Source of the DNA: Octopus sinensis
Lineage: Eukaryota
Length of the DNA stretch: 64,000 nt
Direction of reading: 5' to 3'
Assembly: GCF_006345805.1 (NCBI RefSeq)
Contig: NC_043010.1
Coordinates: 15,872,001 to 15,936,000 of the forward strand
The first letter of the stretch is position 1; every line of letters begins with the position of its first letter. The notes beneath the pieces were generated by a model. That model ran no database searches and was not told the origin of the DNA. It was given only the letters and a program-made list of their open reading frames with translations. Below are positions 1 through 12,778 of this stretch, one piece after another. The translations under genes were made by a program, and so were the position numbers.

Positions 1-556
1 TTGCTTACCAACCACATGGTTCTGGGTTCAGTCCCACTGCGTGGCACCTTGGGCAAGTGTCTTCTACTGTAGCCTCGGGCCAACCAAAGCCTTGTGAGTG
101 GATTTGGTAGATGGAAACTGAAAGAAGCCCATCATATATATACATATATGTTTGTGTGTCTGTGTTTGTCCCCCCTAACATCGTTTGACAACCGATGTTG
201 GTGTGTTTACGTCCCTGTAACTTAGCAGTTCGGCAAAAGAGACCAATAGAATAAGTACTAGGCTTACAAACAATAAGTCCTGGTGTCGATTTGCTCGACT
301 AAAGGCGGTGCTCCAGCATGGCCACAGTCAAATGACTGAAACAAGTAAAAAAGTGGTTGTGTGTATTTTTTATCTTTTTTCTTTTTCTACCTATTAGAGT
401 AACTTACCTTTGACTAAAACCGTTGACTAAAAGTCAACGGTTTTTCATAGCATTTGTTGCCATTAATAACCGACGAGAATATATCGTAGCTCTTCGCTCC
501 GAATTTGTAACTCCGAATACTATAATGACAACTTTTTACTGTTTGTTCTAAATTAT

Positions 557-587
<31 letters not shown>

Positions 588-1134
588 GACAATTGTTACC
601 AACGTCGATTCACTGGCACCTATGCCGTTGGCATGTGTAAAAAACATTCGAGCGAGGTCGTCGCCAGTACCGCCTGACTGGCCCATGTGTAAAAAGATTC
701 AAGCGAGGTCATTGCCAGTACCGCCTGACTGGCCCTCGTGCCGGTGGCACGTAAAAAGCACCCACTACACTCTCGGAGCAGTTGGCGTTAGAAAGGGCAT
801 CCAGCTGTAGAAACTCTGCCAGATCAAGACTGGAGCCTGGTGCAGCCATCTGGTTTGCCAGCCCTCAGTCAAAATCGTCCAACCCATGCTAGCATGGAAA
901 GCAGACGTTAAACGATGATGATGATGATATATTTAAAATAGGATAAAATCTTCATAAGAATTTATCAAGTAGTTAGCGTGAAAAACCTCATAACAGAAAA
1001 ATCCATTAATTTTTCTCTTAAATATATTTATTTATATTATATTGAGGGCATTACTATACATAAATGCTACATACTAGGAGGGACTCTTAAAGTCAAAACT
1101 ACAAAAATATATAATGGTCTAATATATATATATA

Positions 1135-1313
1135 AGACCACTGAAATATACAAGCTTTTTTCACTCTTTCTCTGTGTTTAATTTCTCTTATTCCTTTCTG
1201 TTGAAGAGCATAGGCTCGAAACATAAAAAACTTTTTCATTTTTCCTGAGCGTCAAACTAATACACTTGCTTGTTGTTCATACACCTGTCTTTATTATTTC
1301 TATAAATTTCAAC

Positions 1314-1315
<2 letters not shown>
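1135..1315 (+). mobile_element. Penelope-like pLTR fragment with degenerate hammerhead (CTGTTGA)
   Basis: ctttCTGTTGAagagcataggctcGAAAcata at 1194-1225. The downstream cctgagcgt..actaataca..acacctgtc matches the reverse complement of the 43.6-kb and 44.4-kb copies. Confidence 0.6.
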
Positions 1316-1345
<30 letters not shown>

Positions 1346-1835
1346 AGATATATTTGACTGACAGCTTATCTGTCTCGCAAACTATAGTCTGCTGCATTTC
1401 ATTAGTTAAAAGAATTTTACCAAAAATCCCAAAAGGTTTCCTAATTCAATTATCCAGGATTCTCTCTGCTCTTCTTTGCTCATATTTTCATAGTACTTGC
1501 ATGCATTGCATTCCTATAGCAACACACACATATTAGTGTTGATGTGTGTATATTTCTACACTGCTGGGACATTGAATGTATACCTATATCAAATCATGAT
1601 ATGGTTATATACATACCTTGCATGAACATATAGTTTCACTATACACATATTTTGCATAATTTCATCATATGAATGTACAAATCTTTTGCATGAAACTATA
1701 GAATGAAAATCCACGTGATAACTCATCCCAAAAAGCAACTGATTTTATGTTTACATAGATCAAGATTTCCAAATAAAATTACATGAAACATTCTATTTGC
1801 TATATCTTTAAATTTGTATGTCACATAACTGCCTC

Positions 1836-2089
1836 TGTATATATATACATATATATATATATATACATATATATATACATATATATATATACATATATTA
1901 TATATACATATATTATATATATATATATTATATATATATATTATATATATATACATATATATACATACGCACACACATATATATATATGCATATATATAC
2001 ATATACATATATATATGTGTATATATATATGTATGTATATGTATATATATGTATATGTATGTATGTATATGTATATATATGTATGTATG

Positions 2090-2120
<31 letters not shown>

Positions 2121-2145
2121 GTATGTATATATATTTGTGTGTGTG
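1836..2145. repeat. Compound (AT)n/(AC)n/(ATGT)n microsatellite; another at 2365-2530
   Basis: Visible directly in the sequence. Confidence 0.95.
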
Positions 2146-2372
2146 TCTTTGTGTCTCACTACCATTTGACAACCGATGTTGTTGTGTTTATTATCCCCCA
2201 TAACTTTGTTGTTCAGCAAAAGTGACCAATTGAATAAGTAACAGGCTTACAAAAAAAAAACCCCAAAAAAGTAGTACTGGGTTCAATTCATAAGACTTAA
2301 GATTGTCCAGTGCAGTGGCCAACAGTCAAATGACTGAAGCAAGTAAAAGATAAAAAGATACTTGTATATGTG

Positions 2373-2405
<33 letters not shown>

Positions 2406-2413
2406 ATATATAT

Positions 2414-2489
<76 letters not shown>

Positions 2490-2605
2490 ATATATATCGC
2501 ATATATATATATATATACACACACACATATAACTTAGAAAGGTTTTGGCCAGTTTGGCCCCACCTCTGTCTAACTTAATAGCACCACCTGGCAAAGTCTT
2601 TCAAT

Positions 2606-3645
2606 TCAGTATTTGGGCACCAAGGCCCATTCGAGCAGAGAGTTATTGTTTGCGGAGACATATCCGGGTGTGGGTAGTTTATGCGGGACTGTTTGAAGGA
2701 ATTTGTCCAAAGACTTCTTGAATTTTGTGTGGTCAGTTTCTGTTTTGACGTGTCCTGGTGTAATGTTTTTTGTTTGTTCCTTCTTGAGCCCTGCCTGGCT
2801 CATAAGGGCCGGTTTCCTGGTTTCTTGGCATATAGGTTCCCCACCTGGACAGGAGGCCGGTCCGTCACAGGTGAGCTGCAAGATGCAGGAGGAAAGAGTG
2901 AGAGAAAATTGTGGCGAAAGAGTCAGCAGAAGTTCGCCATTACCTTCTGCTGGAGCCGCGTGGAGCTTAGGTGTTTTCACTCATAAACACACACATCGCC
3001 TGGTCTGAGATTTGAACCCGCGATCCCTTGACCGTGAGTCCGCTGCTCTAACCACAAGGCCACGTGCCTCTGAACTGGTGTAATGTTGAAGAGAGCGGGT
3101 CCAATTGAGGTGAAATAATTGTGCCGTATTGTTATGAGATGCGATTTAGATTTTTGTTGTGGACGGACGGCACGGGGTTCAAGTCTTGGATGCATTTTGA
3201 AGGTGATGCCAACATCATTCAGACAGTGCTGATGGAATGTTTTCCACCTCATACAAATAATGTAGCATTCACGGCATCGTTAGAGTGAATAGAGTTTTAG
3301 CTTTTCTAATCGATCCCAGTAGTCGAGGTCTGACATGCCATCTATCTTTTTCGTGATTGACCTTTGGGGAGCTTCAATTCTCATAATATTTTGTTTCATG
3401 TAGGGACACCACAGTGGACAGCAGTATTCAAGGTACAGTCGGGCAAAAGTGGAGAAGAGAGGGATAATGGTATGGGAATCTCTCGACTGGAAGGTTCTGA
3501 GAATCCAGGAACACATTCTGCGGGCCATGTCAACTTTGCTGCTTATATGTGTAGCCCAGCTTACGTTGTTGTTCACAGTTACTCCCAAGTCTCTGATGTT
3601 GTTAGATGCCATGAGAATTTCACCAAAAGGAAGGGCGTATGGGAG

Positions 3646-3690
<45 letters not shown>

Positions 3691-3940
3691 ATGTATTTTA
3701 CATTTGGGTAAATACCAGGCATTATGCTGCTTAAAGCTTGTTCACAGTATTTGGCTACCTGATGTCATCAGCAGTGTGGAGGTATATCCCACTGGATTTA
3801 CTTCAGGAATTCCTTTACAAAAATGAGAGAAAGAAAACAAGATTCATGATACTCATTGTTCATCACGATCATTTCAACCCATTGTGCACTGGTACCTCAC
3901 ATGTGAGATGCTGTATAAACAATTGTAGTGCATCATAGTT
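2606..3940 (-). mobile_element. CR1/L2-like LINE 3' relic interrupted by a SINE
   Basis: IRDLGVTV..SWATHI..LFSTFARLYLEYCCPLWCP..IEAPQRSITKKI..YWDRLEKLKLYSL; FKKSLDKFL. Confidence 0.85.
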
Positions 3941-4962
3941 GTAGATATAACTCCTCAGGTGATTTGTCTTAAAATAGCTCGTTTTTTACTTGCCAACGAG
4001 TGTGATCGTTGACAGAGAGGCTATTCGAGTATGATCGTTACCAGCGTCGCCTTACTGGCACTTATGCCCTTGCTAGTAGGGTGCCAAGAACGCCATCCGA
4101 GCTTGATCGTTGTGATCGTTGCCAGAGCAGCCAACTAGCTTCCATACCCATGGCACGTAAAAGGGCACCATTTGAGCGTGATCATTACCAACGTCGCTTC
4201 ACTGGCACCTGTGTCGGTGGCACGTGTAAAAAGATTCAAGCGAGGTCATTGCCAGTACCACCTGACTGGTCCCCGTGCAGGTGGCACGTAAAAAGCACCT
4301 ACTACACTCTCGGAGTATTTGGCGTTAGGAAGGGCATCCAGCTGTAGAAACTCTGCCAGATCAAGACTGGAGCCTGGTGCAGCCATCTGGTTGCCAGCCC
4401 TCAGTCAAAACCGTCCAACCCATGCTAGCATGGAAAATAGATGTTAAATGATGATGATGATGATTTTGCTTATTTGTATAACAATCCATTTTAGTAGTTG
4501 TAGTGTACTGCCTGTCTATACACGGAACTGATATAGAATGAAGAACCCCTCTCATATAGATATCAGATAACTGAAATATAATATGAAAATAATTACCTGA
4601 GTTCAACGGAGTGTTTGGAGCTCAGCACATTCCTCTGGCTTGCCAGCTTCTGTCAAACTGTCCAACCCATGCCACCATGGAAAAACAGACCTTCAATGGG
4701 AATGGTGATAATGATAATTTAAAGTAAAAAAACACGGCAAGAACAAACTATAACAAATACGGTGTTAGCTTAACACTTGCGTTTACTATGGAGTGTCTCG
4801 ATGTTTCAGTCATTGATCCTTCTTATAAAGATAAGGAAGAGAGAGAAAGAGAGGGAGAAAGAAAGAGTGCATGTATGAAAAAAAAAGAAAATTTACGTAA
4901 TTGTGGGATGGATGCAAGGGGAAGGGAAGAGCTAAAATCCAGGTGGGGCTATGATTCTTTAA

Positions 4963-5181
4963 CCCTTTAGTAATTAAACTGGCCATATCCAGCCAAAATA
5001 GTTAATCTGTTTTATGTTCAAACTGATCAGATCCAGGCTCTCACACATACCCTACAATGTTATTCTACATTAGGTAATTACACCATCAAGATCTTGAAGA
5101 TATGAGATATTGCACGATTAATTCAAATCAATGGGAATCAATAAGCATTATGTTTGATAGGATAATCTGAACGCTAAAGGG
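4963..5181. mobile_element. piggyBac-like MITE
   Basis: TTAA|CCCTTTAG...CTAAAGGG|TTAA. Related copies at 23680-23899 and about 45996-46217. Confidence 0.8.
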
Positions 5182-5256
5182 TTAAAGGTGGTTAAGGAAA
5201 GAGGTGGAGTTTATGTATGTGTGTGGATTAGTATGCATGTAATTGGTATAGTATAA

Positions 5257-5487
5257 GGCGGCGAGCTGGCAGAATCGTTAGCACGCCGGGCGAAATGCTT
5301 AGTGGTATTTCGTCTGCCGTTACGTTCTGGGTTCAAATTCCGCCAAGGTCGACTTTGCCTTTCATCCTTTCGGGGTCAATTAAATAAGTACCAGTTACAC
5401 ACTGGGGTCGATATGATTGACTTAGTCTGTTTTCTGTCCTTGTTTATCCTCTCTGTGTTTAGCCCCTTGTGGGTAGTAAAGAAATAG
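5257..5487 (+). mobile_element. tRNA-derived SINE with Meta-domain-like segment
   Basis: GGCGGCGAGCTGGCAGAA..GGTTCAAATT..GACTTTGCCTTTCATCCTTTCGGGGTC. Copy at 21968-22199(-) has TSD TAAAGAAGTGCCA. Degraded copies near 9075 and 30150. Confidence 0.8.
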
Positions 5488-6172
5488 GTATAGTGAAAGC
5501 TTTGTCTATGAGTTTCACTAAACAATGTTGAGGGATTTCAAAATTTAATATATTTTGAACTAGTATAAAACATCTTTAAACCATTGTTTCTTTTTTGTTG
5601 TTTTTCTAAACAATATCTTTTAAAAGTTCTAAAATCTTCATATATCTATTTAGAATTTTTCTTAAATCTTTGCAAATTGCATATATTTTTAGAAGTTTGT
5701 AGTTTATACCCTGTATACAGTGTTTGTATAGATGTATACCATTGAATCCTCTTAACCTTTGATAAGTTTCTAATTGAAAGTTATTCACTAATCCTGGATT
5801 TAACTATGGATAGCTGGGAGTACATAAAATTCTCTAATTGGTTTCAATTTTGTTTTTCAGCCTCTTTTGCTGTAGAATAATTAGCTTTTAATTAAGCATA
5901 ACTTTGTAATACAAATAATTGTACTTTCGCCACTATCTCTCTTAACAAATAAGCAATGCACGATACTCCTTGTCATGGTATGAGTTGTGAATACTTTCTA
6001 AATATTTGTTGACAGAATAGGTGAAAAGATAATTCTTGCATTTTGGCAATCTAGTATGTTAAATGAGATTAGATTGAGATTAGATTAGATTGAGTTGTGA
6101 TAGAAATAATGGTAACACCAAGACAAAGAAAAGATAGCCGAAAGTAATTTCCTGAAAGAGTATAAGCTATAG

Positions 6173-6368
6173 CAGTGGTTCCCAAACTATGAGTCATGAC
6201 CCATCTGTAGGTCGCGAACGGAATCTTAGTGGGTCGCAAGAAGTTATAAAATTGCGCATTAGCTTTGATTAACTGCTGTCTATCGAGATAGATCGAGACT
6301 TAAATGGGTCGTCATAAACTGGTGTGATAAATAGTGGGTCGCGACTCTAAAAAGTTTGGGAACCACTG
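6173..6368. mobile_element. hAT (Charlie-like) MITE
   Basis: TIR CAGTGGTTCCCAAACT / AGTTTGGGAACCACTG; 8-bp TSD AGCTATAG. Confidence 0.9.
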
Positions 6369-6578
6369 AGCTATAGTATTGATGATGATGATACTAATAA
6401 TGTTTTGTTTAAAATGCATGCAAATTGCTTGATTATACTAACAACAAACTAACTTACTTGTATGCATCCTTCTTTCTTTCTCTTTTTCTCTTTCTTTCCC
6501 TCTCTCTCTCTCTTTCTGTCTTTCTCTTCCCCTCTCTCTCTTTCTCTTCCCGTCTTCTCTTTATCCCATCTCTATTAG

Positions 6579-6816
6579 ATCACTGATCAACTCCTCACCT
6601 GTGTTGCCAAACAGCTAGAAAATGTGAAGCAAGTCAAAGACTATGCTCGAGCACGCTATGACTTTGCCGCCAGTACTAAGGATGATCTCAGCTTCAGAAA
6701 GGGCGATCGTATTGAGGTCTTGGAAATTGGTTCAGACTGGGCACAAGGGCGCCACAACAAGAAAGTGGGATATTTTCCCACTGGTTTTGTTTCCTTTGAA
6801 GAGGATTTGCACAATG
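6579..6816 (+). CDS. Internal exon of a protein with C-terminal tandem SH3 domains (first SH3)
   Basis: Polypyrimidine tract and tag acceptor at 6576-6578; donor G|gtaag at 6817. Translates ITDQLLTCVAKQLENVKQVKDYARARYDFAASTKDDLSFRKGDRIEVLEIGSDWAQGRHNKKVGYFPTGFV, with SH3 motifs AxYDF, DLSF, W and GxFP. Length 238 nt, ends phase 1. Confidence 0.92.
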
Positions 6817-9279
6817 GTAAGAACTGCAGTTTGAGAATGCATTGTAAATCCTTACAGTCTTTGAAAAAAAAAAAAAAAATGAAATTGAAACAAATAAATG
6901 CATTAATGTAAACTCATTAGAAAGACTCTTTGTCTGTCTGTCTGTCTGTCAATTTCTGTGTGTGTGTGTGTGTGTGTGTCGTCGTATGTTTGTCTTCCAT
7001 CCATGCTAGCATTGGTTGGATTGTTCAACAGGCTCCACAGTGAGCTCCAATGTCTGTATTAGCTGCTTTCTACAGTCAGATACCTTCTTAAATACCAACA
7101 ACTTTTCAAAGTCTACTGAGTTCTTTATTGTAGCACCAGCACCAGTGAGGTCTCCACGTAATAAGACAAAACAGCATCCTTGACTGAGTGGAGGTGTAAA
7201 AAAGGGAGGGAGATGGCTTTATGCCTGGTACTGAGTAGCTAAAGTACAAGAGGTGGACATAAAGAGGTGTCTTGCTGGAGGGGAAATACATGGCCACCCC
7301 GTATTATATAAGGTTGGAAGTGACTGGAAAGAGAGACAAAGATGGTAGTGATTAGGTGTCAGAGTGTAACATGAAAGTATATACATGATATAGAATGTGT
7401 GTGTAATGTTTATATCCTCATAATCATTTATGTCCAGCTTCCATGCTGGTATGGGTTGGATAGTTTGGCTGGGTCTGATGGGTTGGAGCACTACATCATA
7501 CACAAATGTCTCCTTTGATGTAGGTATCTGTCAATCAACCCTTTGCTCAGTGTGCATGAGACAAGAGATTTGAGTGAAAAATAATTAGAAGTGATTGGCA
7601 GTGCATGTGATACACTACAGGTAAAGATTACATCTCTATGATTTAATGCGGGCCTGAACAGATAGCTATAAGGGAGAGGATTAGGGCAGATGTTGCAATG
7701 GAAGTTGCATGGTTTCTGAATGATATGTTATTAGAGTGCATAGGGCCAATAGATGAAATGTGGATGAACAACAGTGCTGCTTTTCTTTTTATTACCGAGT
7801 TGCGAAGACCAGTTGAGGCAAGTGAAATGAGATTGTAGAGAGGCACCGTTGAATGATCAAAGCCACGACCGAAAGAGATCATACTTCCTCAATTGAGGCA
7901 ATGTTTCAATACAATGTTACCTTGGTTCGGCTTATATAGGTATATATGGGATTGCATGCATATTTAGATATTTCATATATATGTGTGTATGTGTGTGTGG
8001 GTGATGTGCATGGATGAAGACAGCTGTATAAAGAAGTACCAGTCAGTAAAAGGGGGTAGGGCTTGTGGAAGAGGGAGATCATGAAGTTATGGGACATGGT
8101 GAAGACTGATCTCAGGACCTTCAACCTCTCATCAGCAAAAATGAGTTCCCGCAGAGCTGTGTGTATATATATATATATATATCAGAATCGAAATCGATCA
8201 ACATCAATAGAAATTGTAGCTGTGATACTAGTGCCGGTGGCACATAAGTGAACCATCCGAACGTGGCCGTTGCCAGCACCGCCCCGACGGGCCTTCGTGC
8301 CAGTGACACGTAAAAAGCACCATCTGATCATGGCCGTTTGCCAGCCTCGTCTGGCACGTAATAAGCACCCACTACATTCATGGAGTGGTTGGCGTTAGGA
8401 AGGGCATCCAGCCGTAGAAACATTGCCAGATCAGACTGGGCCTGGTGCAGCCTTCTGGCTTCCCAGAACCCAATTGAACCATCCAACCCATGCTAACATG
8501 GAAAGCGGATGCTAAATGATGATGATGATGATATATCACCATCATCATTGTTTAACGTCCGCTTTCCATGCTAGCATGGGTTGGATGATTTGACTGAGGA
8601 CTGGCGAACCAGATAGCTGCACCAGGATCCAATCTGATCTGGCAGAGTTTCTACAGCTGGATACCCTTCCTAACGCCGACCACTCCGAGAGTGTAGTGGG
8701 TGCTTTTACGTGCCACCGGCACAGGGGCCAGTAAGGTGGTACTGGCAATGGCCATGCTCAAATGGTGTTTTTTTATGTGCCACCTGTGCAGGAGCCAGTC
8801 CAGTGGAACTGGCAATGACCTCACTCGAATGTTTTTTCACGTGCCACCAACACAAGTGCCAGTAAGGCGACACTGGTAACGATCACGCTCGAATTGTGTT
8901 TTTTACATCCCACCAGCACAGAGGCTAGCTTGTTGCTCTGGCAACGATCACGCTCATATGGTACTCTTAGCGCTCCACTAGCATGGATGCCAGTCATCGA
9001 ATTTGATTTCGATTTCACTTGCCTCAACATGTTTAGCAGAGTTTAGTGTCCAATGAAGGAAAGGTACGCACAAGTGGGCAGAATCATTCGCACGCCAGGT
9101 GAAATGGTTAGCAGTATTTTGTCTGCCACTATGTTCTGACTTCAAATTCCACCGAGGTCAACTTTGGTTGTCATCCTTTCAGGGTCGATAAATTAAGTAC
9201 CTGTGAAGTACTGGGATCTATGTGATCGATTCACCCTCTCCTCCAAAATTTCAGGCCTTGTGCCTAGAGTAGAAAGGAT

Positions 9280-10075
9280 TATTATTATTATTATTTTTCT
9301 CTTTATCACAGGTTTTGTTGGAGCTCTTGGAGTCTTGCATGTATAATGGGCTTACTACCTACAGCACCATGCTATCCATTTTTTTCAGCTATCTAATACT
9401 TTCCTGCTTATTCTGGCAGTGCCAAGGAAGCAAACCTTTTGTAACAGTTCTACTGGGCACTCTATTCCAATTTCCTTTATATTCCCTTTGATGCCTTCTG
9501 ATACTGTTCCCAAGAACCTAACAGTATTTGGTACTGTCTTCACCTTCTTCATTTTCCATAGCCGGACTATTTTGTACTTAAGAAGATTGTATCTATCTAT
9601 CTTTTTACCTTCCTTCTTGACTATTCGTGGGTCAAAGGGACAAGCAACATCAACTACATAGCATATGTGGTGCATCTTGTCGACCACCACAAAGTCCGGT
9701 CTGTTATGCTCTAGCACCTGATCTGCTTGTATTGGGAAATCCTAAAGGATTTTGCTAGTCTCTGACTCCATCACTCTCTGTGGTTTGTGCTCATACCACA
9801 TCTTGCCTCACTCTAGCCCCCACTTTTCGCACAGTTTCCAAGGTAGCACTTTCCCTGCCTGGTTGTGTTGCCACAACTTGTAGTTTGGGCAAGTCTAAGG
9901 CATTTGTTCATGATATGGACAATGGTTTCATCCACTCTATTACAGATGCAGCACAGCAGAGACACTTGCTCATTCCTCTAATGCCTAAATTTAGAACACA
10001 CCACTCTGAGATTTTTCATGCATATGACAGTATATCTCTCTCTTTGGTGTGCAAGAGAGTTGAGACACAGAGCTT
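9280..10075 (-). mobile_element. R4/Dong-like non-LTR element 3' end (restriction-like endonuclease)
   Basis: HNRPDFVVVDK..VVDVACPFD..K..KIDRY..LQKVCFLGTARI (PD..D RLE motif); ends at (TAA)n. Confidence 0.8.
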
Positions 10076-10079
10076 TTAG

Positions 10080-10830
10080 GCATTTCCAATAATTACTGGT
10101 GAAATTTTTTTTAGCCCTTCAATTTCTTCTATAAGACTGGATGAGTCTGGAGATCAAACCTGTGAGCAGTCTTCTACTCTGCTCAGAACAAAGGTTTTCC
10201 ACTGAGTCAGCATAACTGCCAGTACTCTTATCACAAAGGTTCACAGGCTCCATCCTATGAAAAGTCTGCATTTAGAGGAGGTCAGTTTAGCAATGTGGCT
10301 GATGAAAGATACCTCGTTTGACCTACTTACTCCTAAGTCCTGTATGTAATTAGTGCTCTGAATCATTGTGTTACCTGGCCTCAAATATTGTATTTGGTGT
10401 ACATTTCCCCCATAATGAAGAACTTGAAATTTTGATGTATTAAATTTCATATTTTTTTTTTATCTGTGCTTTGATAAATGAGGTTCAGCTCATTTCGGAG
10501 TGCGACAGCTTCTTCTGAAATTTGGATGGCCTTCGATATTTTTGTGTCACTGGCATAGTTTGTCACATTGGTTGAGTGCACTTGCAAGCTTATATCAGAT
10601 AGGCAATGATAAATAATAATAGTCCTAGAACTGTGCACTGAGACATACCACTTGTTACAAGTGACCTAGCAGGAAAAAAAAGCCATTTGCTGCAACAGAT
10701 TGATTCTTACTCTTTAAGGAGTCAAAGAACCATTCTCAGAGTTTTCGTGTGGTACCAAGATCCCTTAACTTTTGACAGATGATTTCATGATCAATGTTAT
10801 CAAATACTTCAGCAAAGTTTATATACAGTT
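10080..10830 (-). mobile_element. CR1-like RT relic
   Basis: YASDTKISKAI; MKFNTSKFQVLHYG; IQDLGV. Confidence 0.75.
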
Positions 10831-11749
10831 AGCATACACAAACAAAACACATATACTATGTGACATTAATAATGTTTAGATTATCAGGGTTGCTTTTAAT
10901 TCAAAATTGTTTCAGTCATTTGACTGTGGCCATGCTGGGGCACCGCCTTTAGTCGAGCAAATCAACCCCAGAACTTATTCTTTGTAAGCCTAGTACTTAT
11001 TCTATCGGTCTCTTTTGCCGATCCGCTAAGTTACGGGGACATAAACACACCAGCATCGGTTGTCAAGCGATGTTGGGGGGACAAACACAGATACACAAAT
11101 ATATACACACACACACACACATATATATATACATATATATGACTGGCTTCTTTCAGTTTCCATCTACCAAAGCCACTCACAAGGCTTTGGTCAGCCCGAG
11201 GCTATAGTAGAAGACACTTGCCCAAGGAGCCACACAGTGGGACTGAACCTGGAACCATGTGGTTCTTAAGCAAGCTACTTTCCACACAGCCACTCCTGCG
11301 CCTATATATATATCATCATCATCATATGTCCGTTTTCCATGCTGGCAGGAGTTGGACAGTTTGACTGAGGCCAGGAAAGCCAGCAGCTGCACTAGGCTCC
11401 AATCTGATGTAGCAATGTTTCTCAGCTGGATGCCTTTCCTAACACCAACCACTCTGAGAATATAATGGGTGCTTTTTATGTGCCACCAGCACAGGAGCCA
11501 GTCAGGTGGGCCTAGCATCGATCATGTTTGGATAGTACTTTTTATATGCCACCAGCACGGGAGCCAGTCAGGGGGCACTGGCAGATGGTGCTTTTTATGT
11601 GAATCAAAGGGCCTTAGGGTTAACCTAGCAAAAACCAAAGTCTTAGAAAGCAGGAACGCTGAAAAATCACAAACCCCTTCAGGTAGACAGCCCTGCTTGA
11701 TCTATAGAAAACGTGTGGGTTGAAACTCCATAAGATGTACCCAGTGTAT

Positions 11750-12300
11750 TATTATTATTATCATCATCATCATTATCATTATTATTATATGAAAACTCAG
11801 AGCTTATTTTGCTTGGTATGATGGAAAGTGTCAGCTGCCCACAGCCAGCAGACTTAGGTGACATTTACTAGTCATGCTTCAAGAGCCTTTCAAATAATTC
11901 TTGCACTTCCAAGCAATGCTGGGTTTTTGTAGGTGTTCTACCTTCTCACTTCCACCAATTTTTTCCAACCATGTTGGTAGTTGAGTGCTAATACGTCCAA
12001 GTGCACCAATTACTATTGGTATCACGTTTACTCTTTTCATTGACCACAACCTTTGTTTTCCCCACTTTAAATTGTTGTAGTTTTTTTTTTTTATTCTTCT
12101 TTCACATCAATCTTCACCAGGGCATACTATGTCGATGATCATACATGTTCTTACTTTTTTATTCACCACAACAATGTCCAGTTCCCTATGGTTGGTCAGG
12201 TGATCATACTGGATCATTACATCCCACAGGATTTTGCAGTTCTCATTTTCGACTCCTTCTGGGGTTTTTTCATACCACATCTTTGCTCTTTGTAAACCAT
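11750..12300 (-). mobile_element. Second degraded R4/Dong-like RLE fragment
   Basis: Similar C-terminal motifs (KILWD, IIDIVCP, LLGSARII) between (ATT)n/(CAT)n tracts. Confidence 0.6.
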
Positions 12301-12404
12301 GATTTCCACAGAAATTATCGTCATCATCATCATCATCATTATTATTATTATTATTATTATTATCATCATTATTATTATTATTATTATCATTATTATTATT
12401 ATTA

Positions 12405-12778
12405 TTACCTCTGCCTTAGCAAAGGTGGAAGTATTGTTTTCAGTTGTGTTTGTTTGTTTGTTTGTTTGTCCATGGACAAGATATCTCAAGAACTGCCGGA
12501 TGGATTCAGGTGAAACTTTCAGGGATGTTTGGCCTCGTGACTGGCACGAACTGATTAGATTTTGAGATCGCTCCAGTACTGGACAAGGATTCTGGATTAC
12601 TTTTCCATTTTTTTTACTTAATTTTTGTGAGCAGTCGGGTTCATTTTTAGTATTCTTGCTTGTGAGAGCAGGTGAGTTTATTTCAGATATTCTCATTCTA
12701 AAAATCATCTCTGGCTAATCGTTGAAAGGACATAGGTGTTGCCTTGGCAGAGGTTTGCGCTCTGTGAGTGCTCTTGTT
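12405..12778 (+). mobile_element. HINE/DINE-like (Helentron-associated) element
   Basis: 5' TACCTCTGCC..; internal (GTTT)n; subterminal inverted GGCAGAGGT; 3' hairpin GCGCTCTGTGAGTGC; inserted next to (ATT)n. Confidence 0.6.

Noticed and set aside
1723-2594. YI/HT-rich ORFs
   Set aside because: These are translations of (AT)n/(AC)n microsatellites.
3738-3938. Possible upstream exon of the SH3 gene
   Set aside because: The minus strand reads as a continuation of the degraded CR1-like RT (..TADDIR..).
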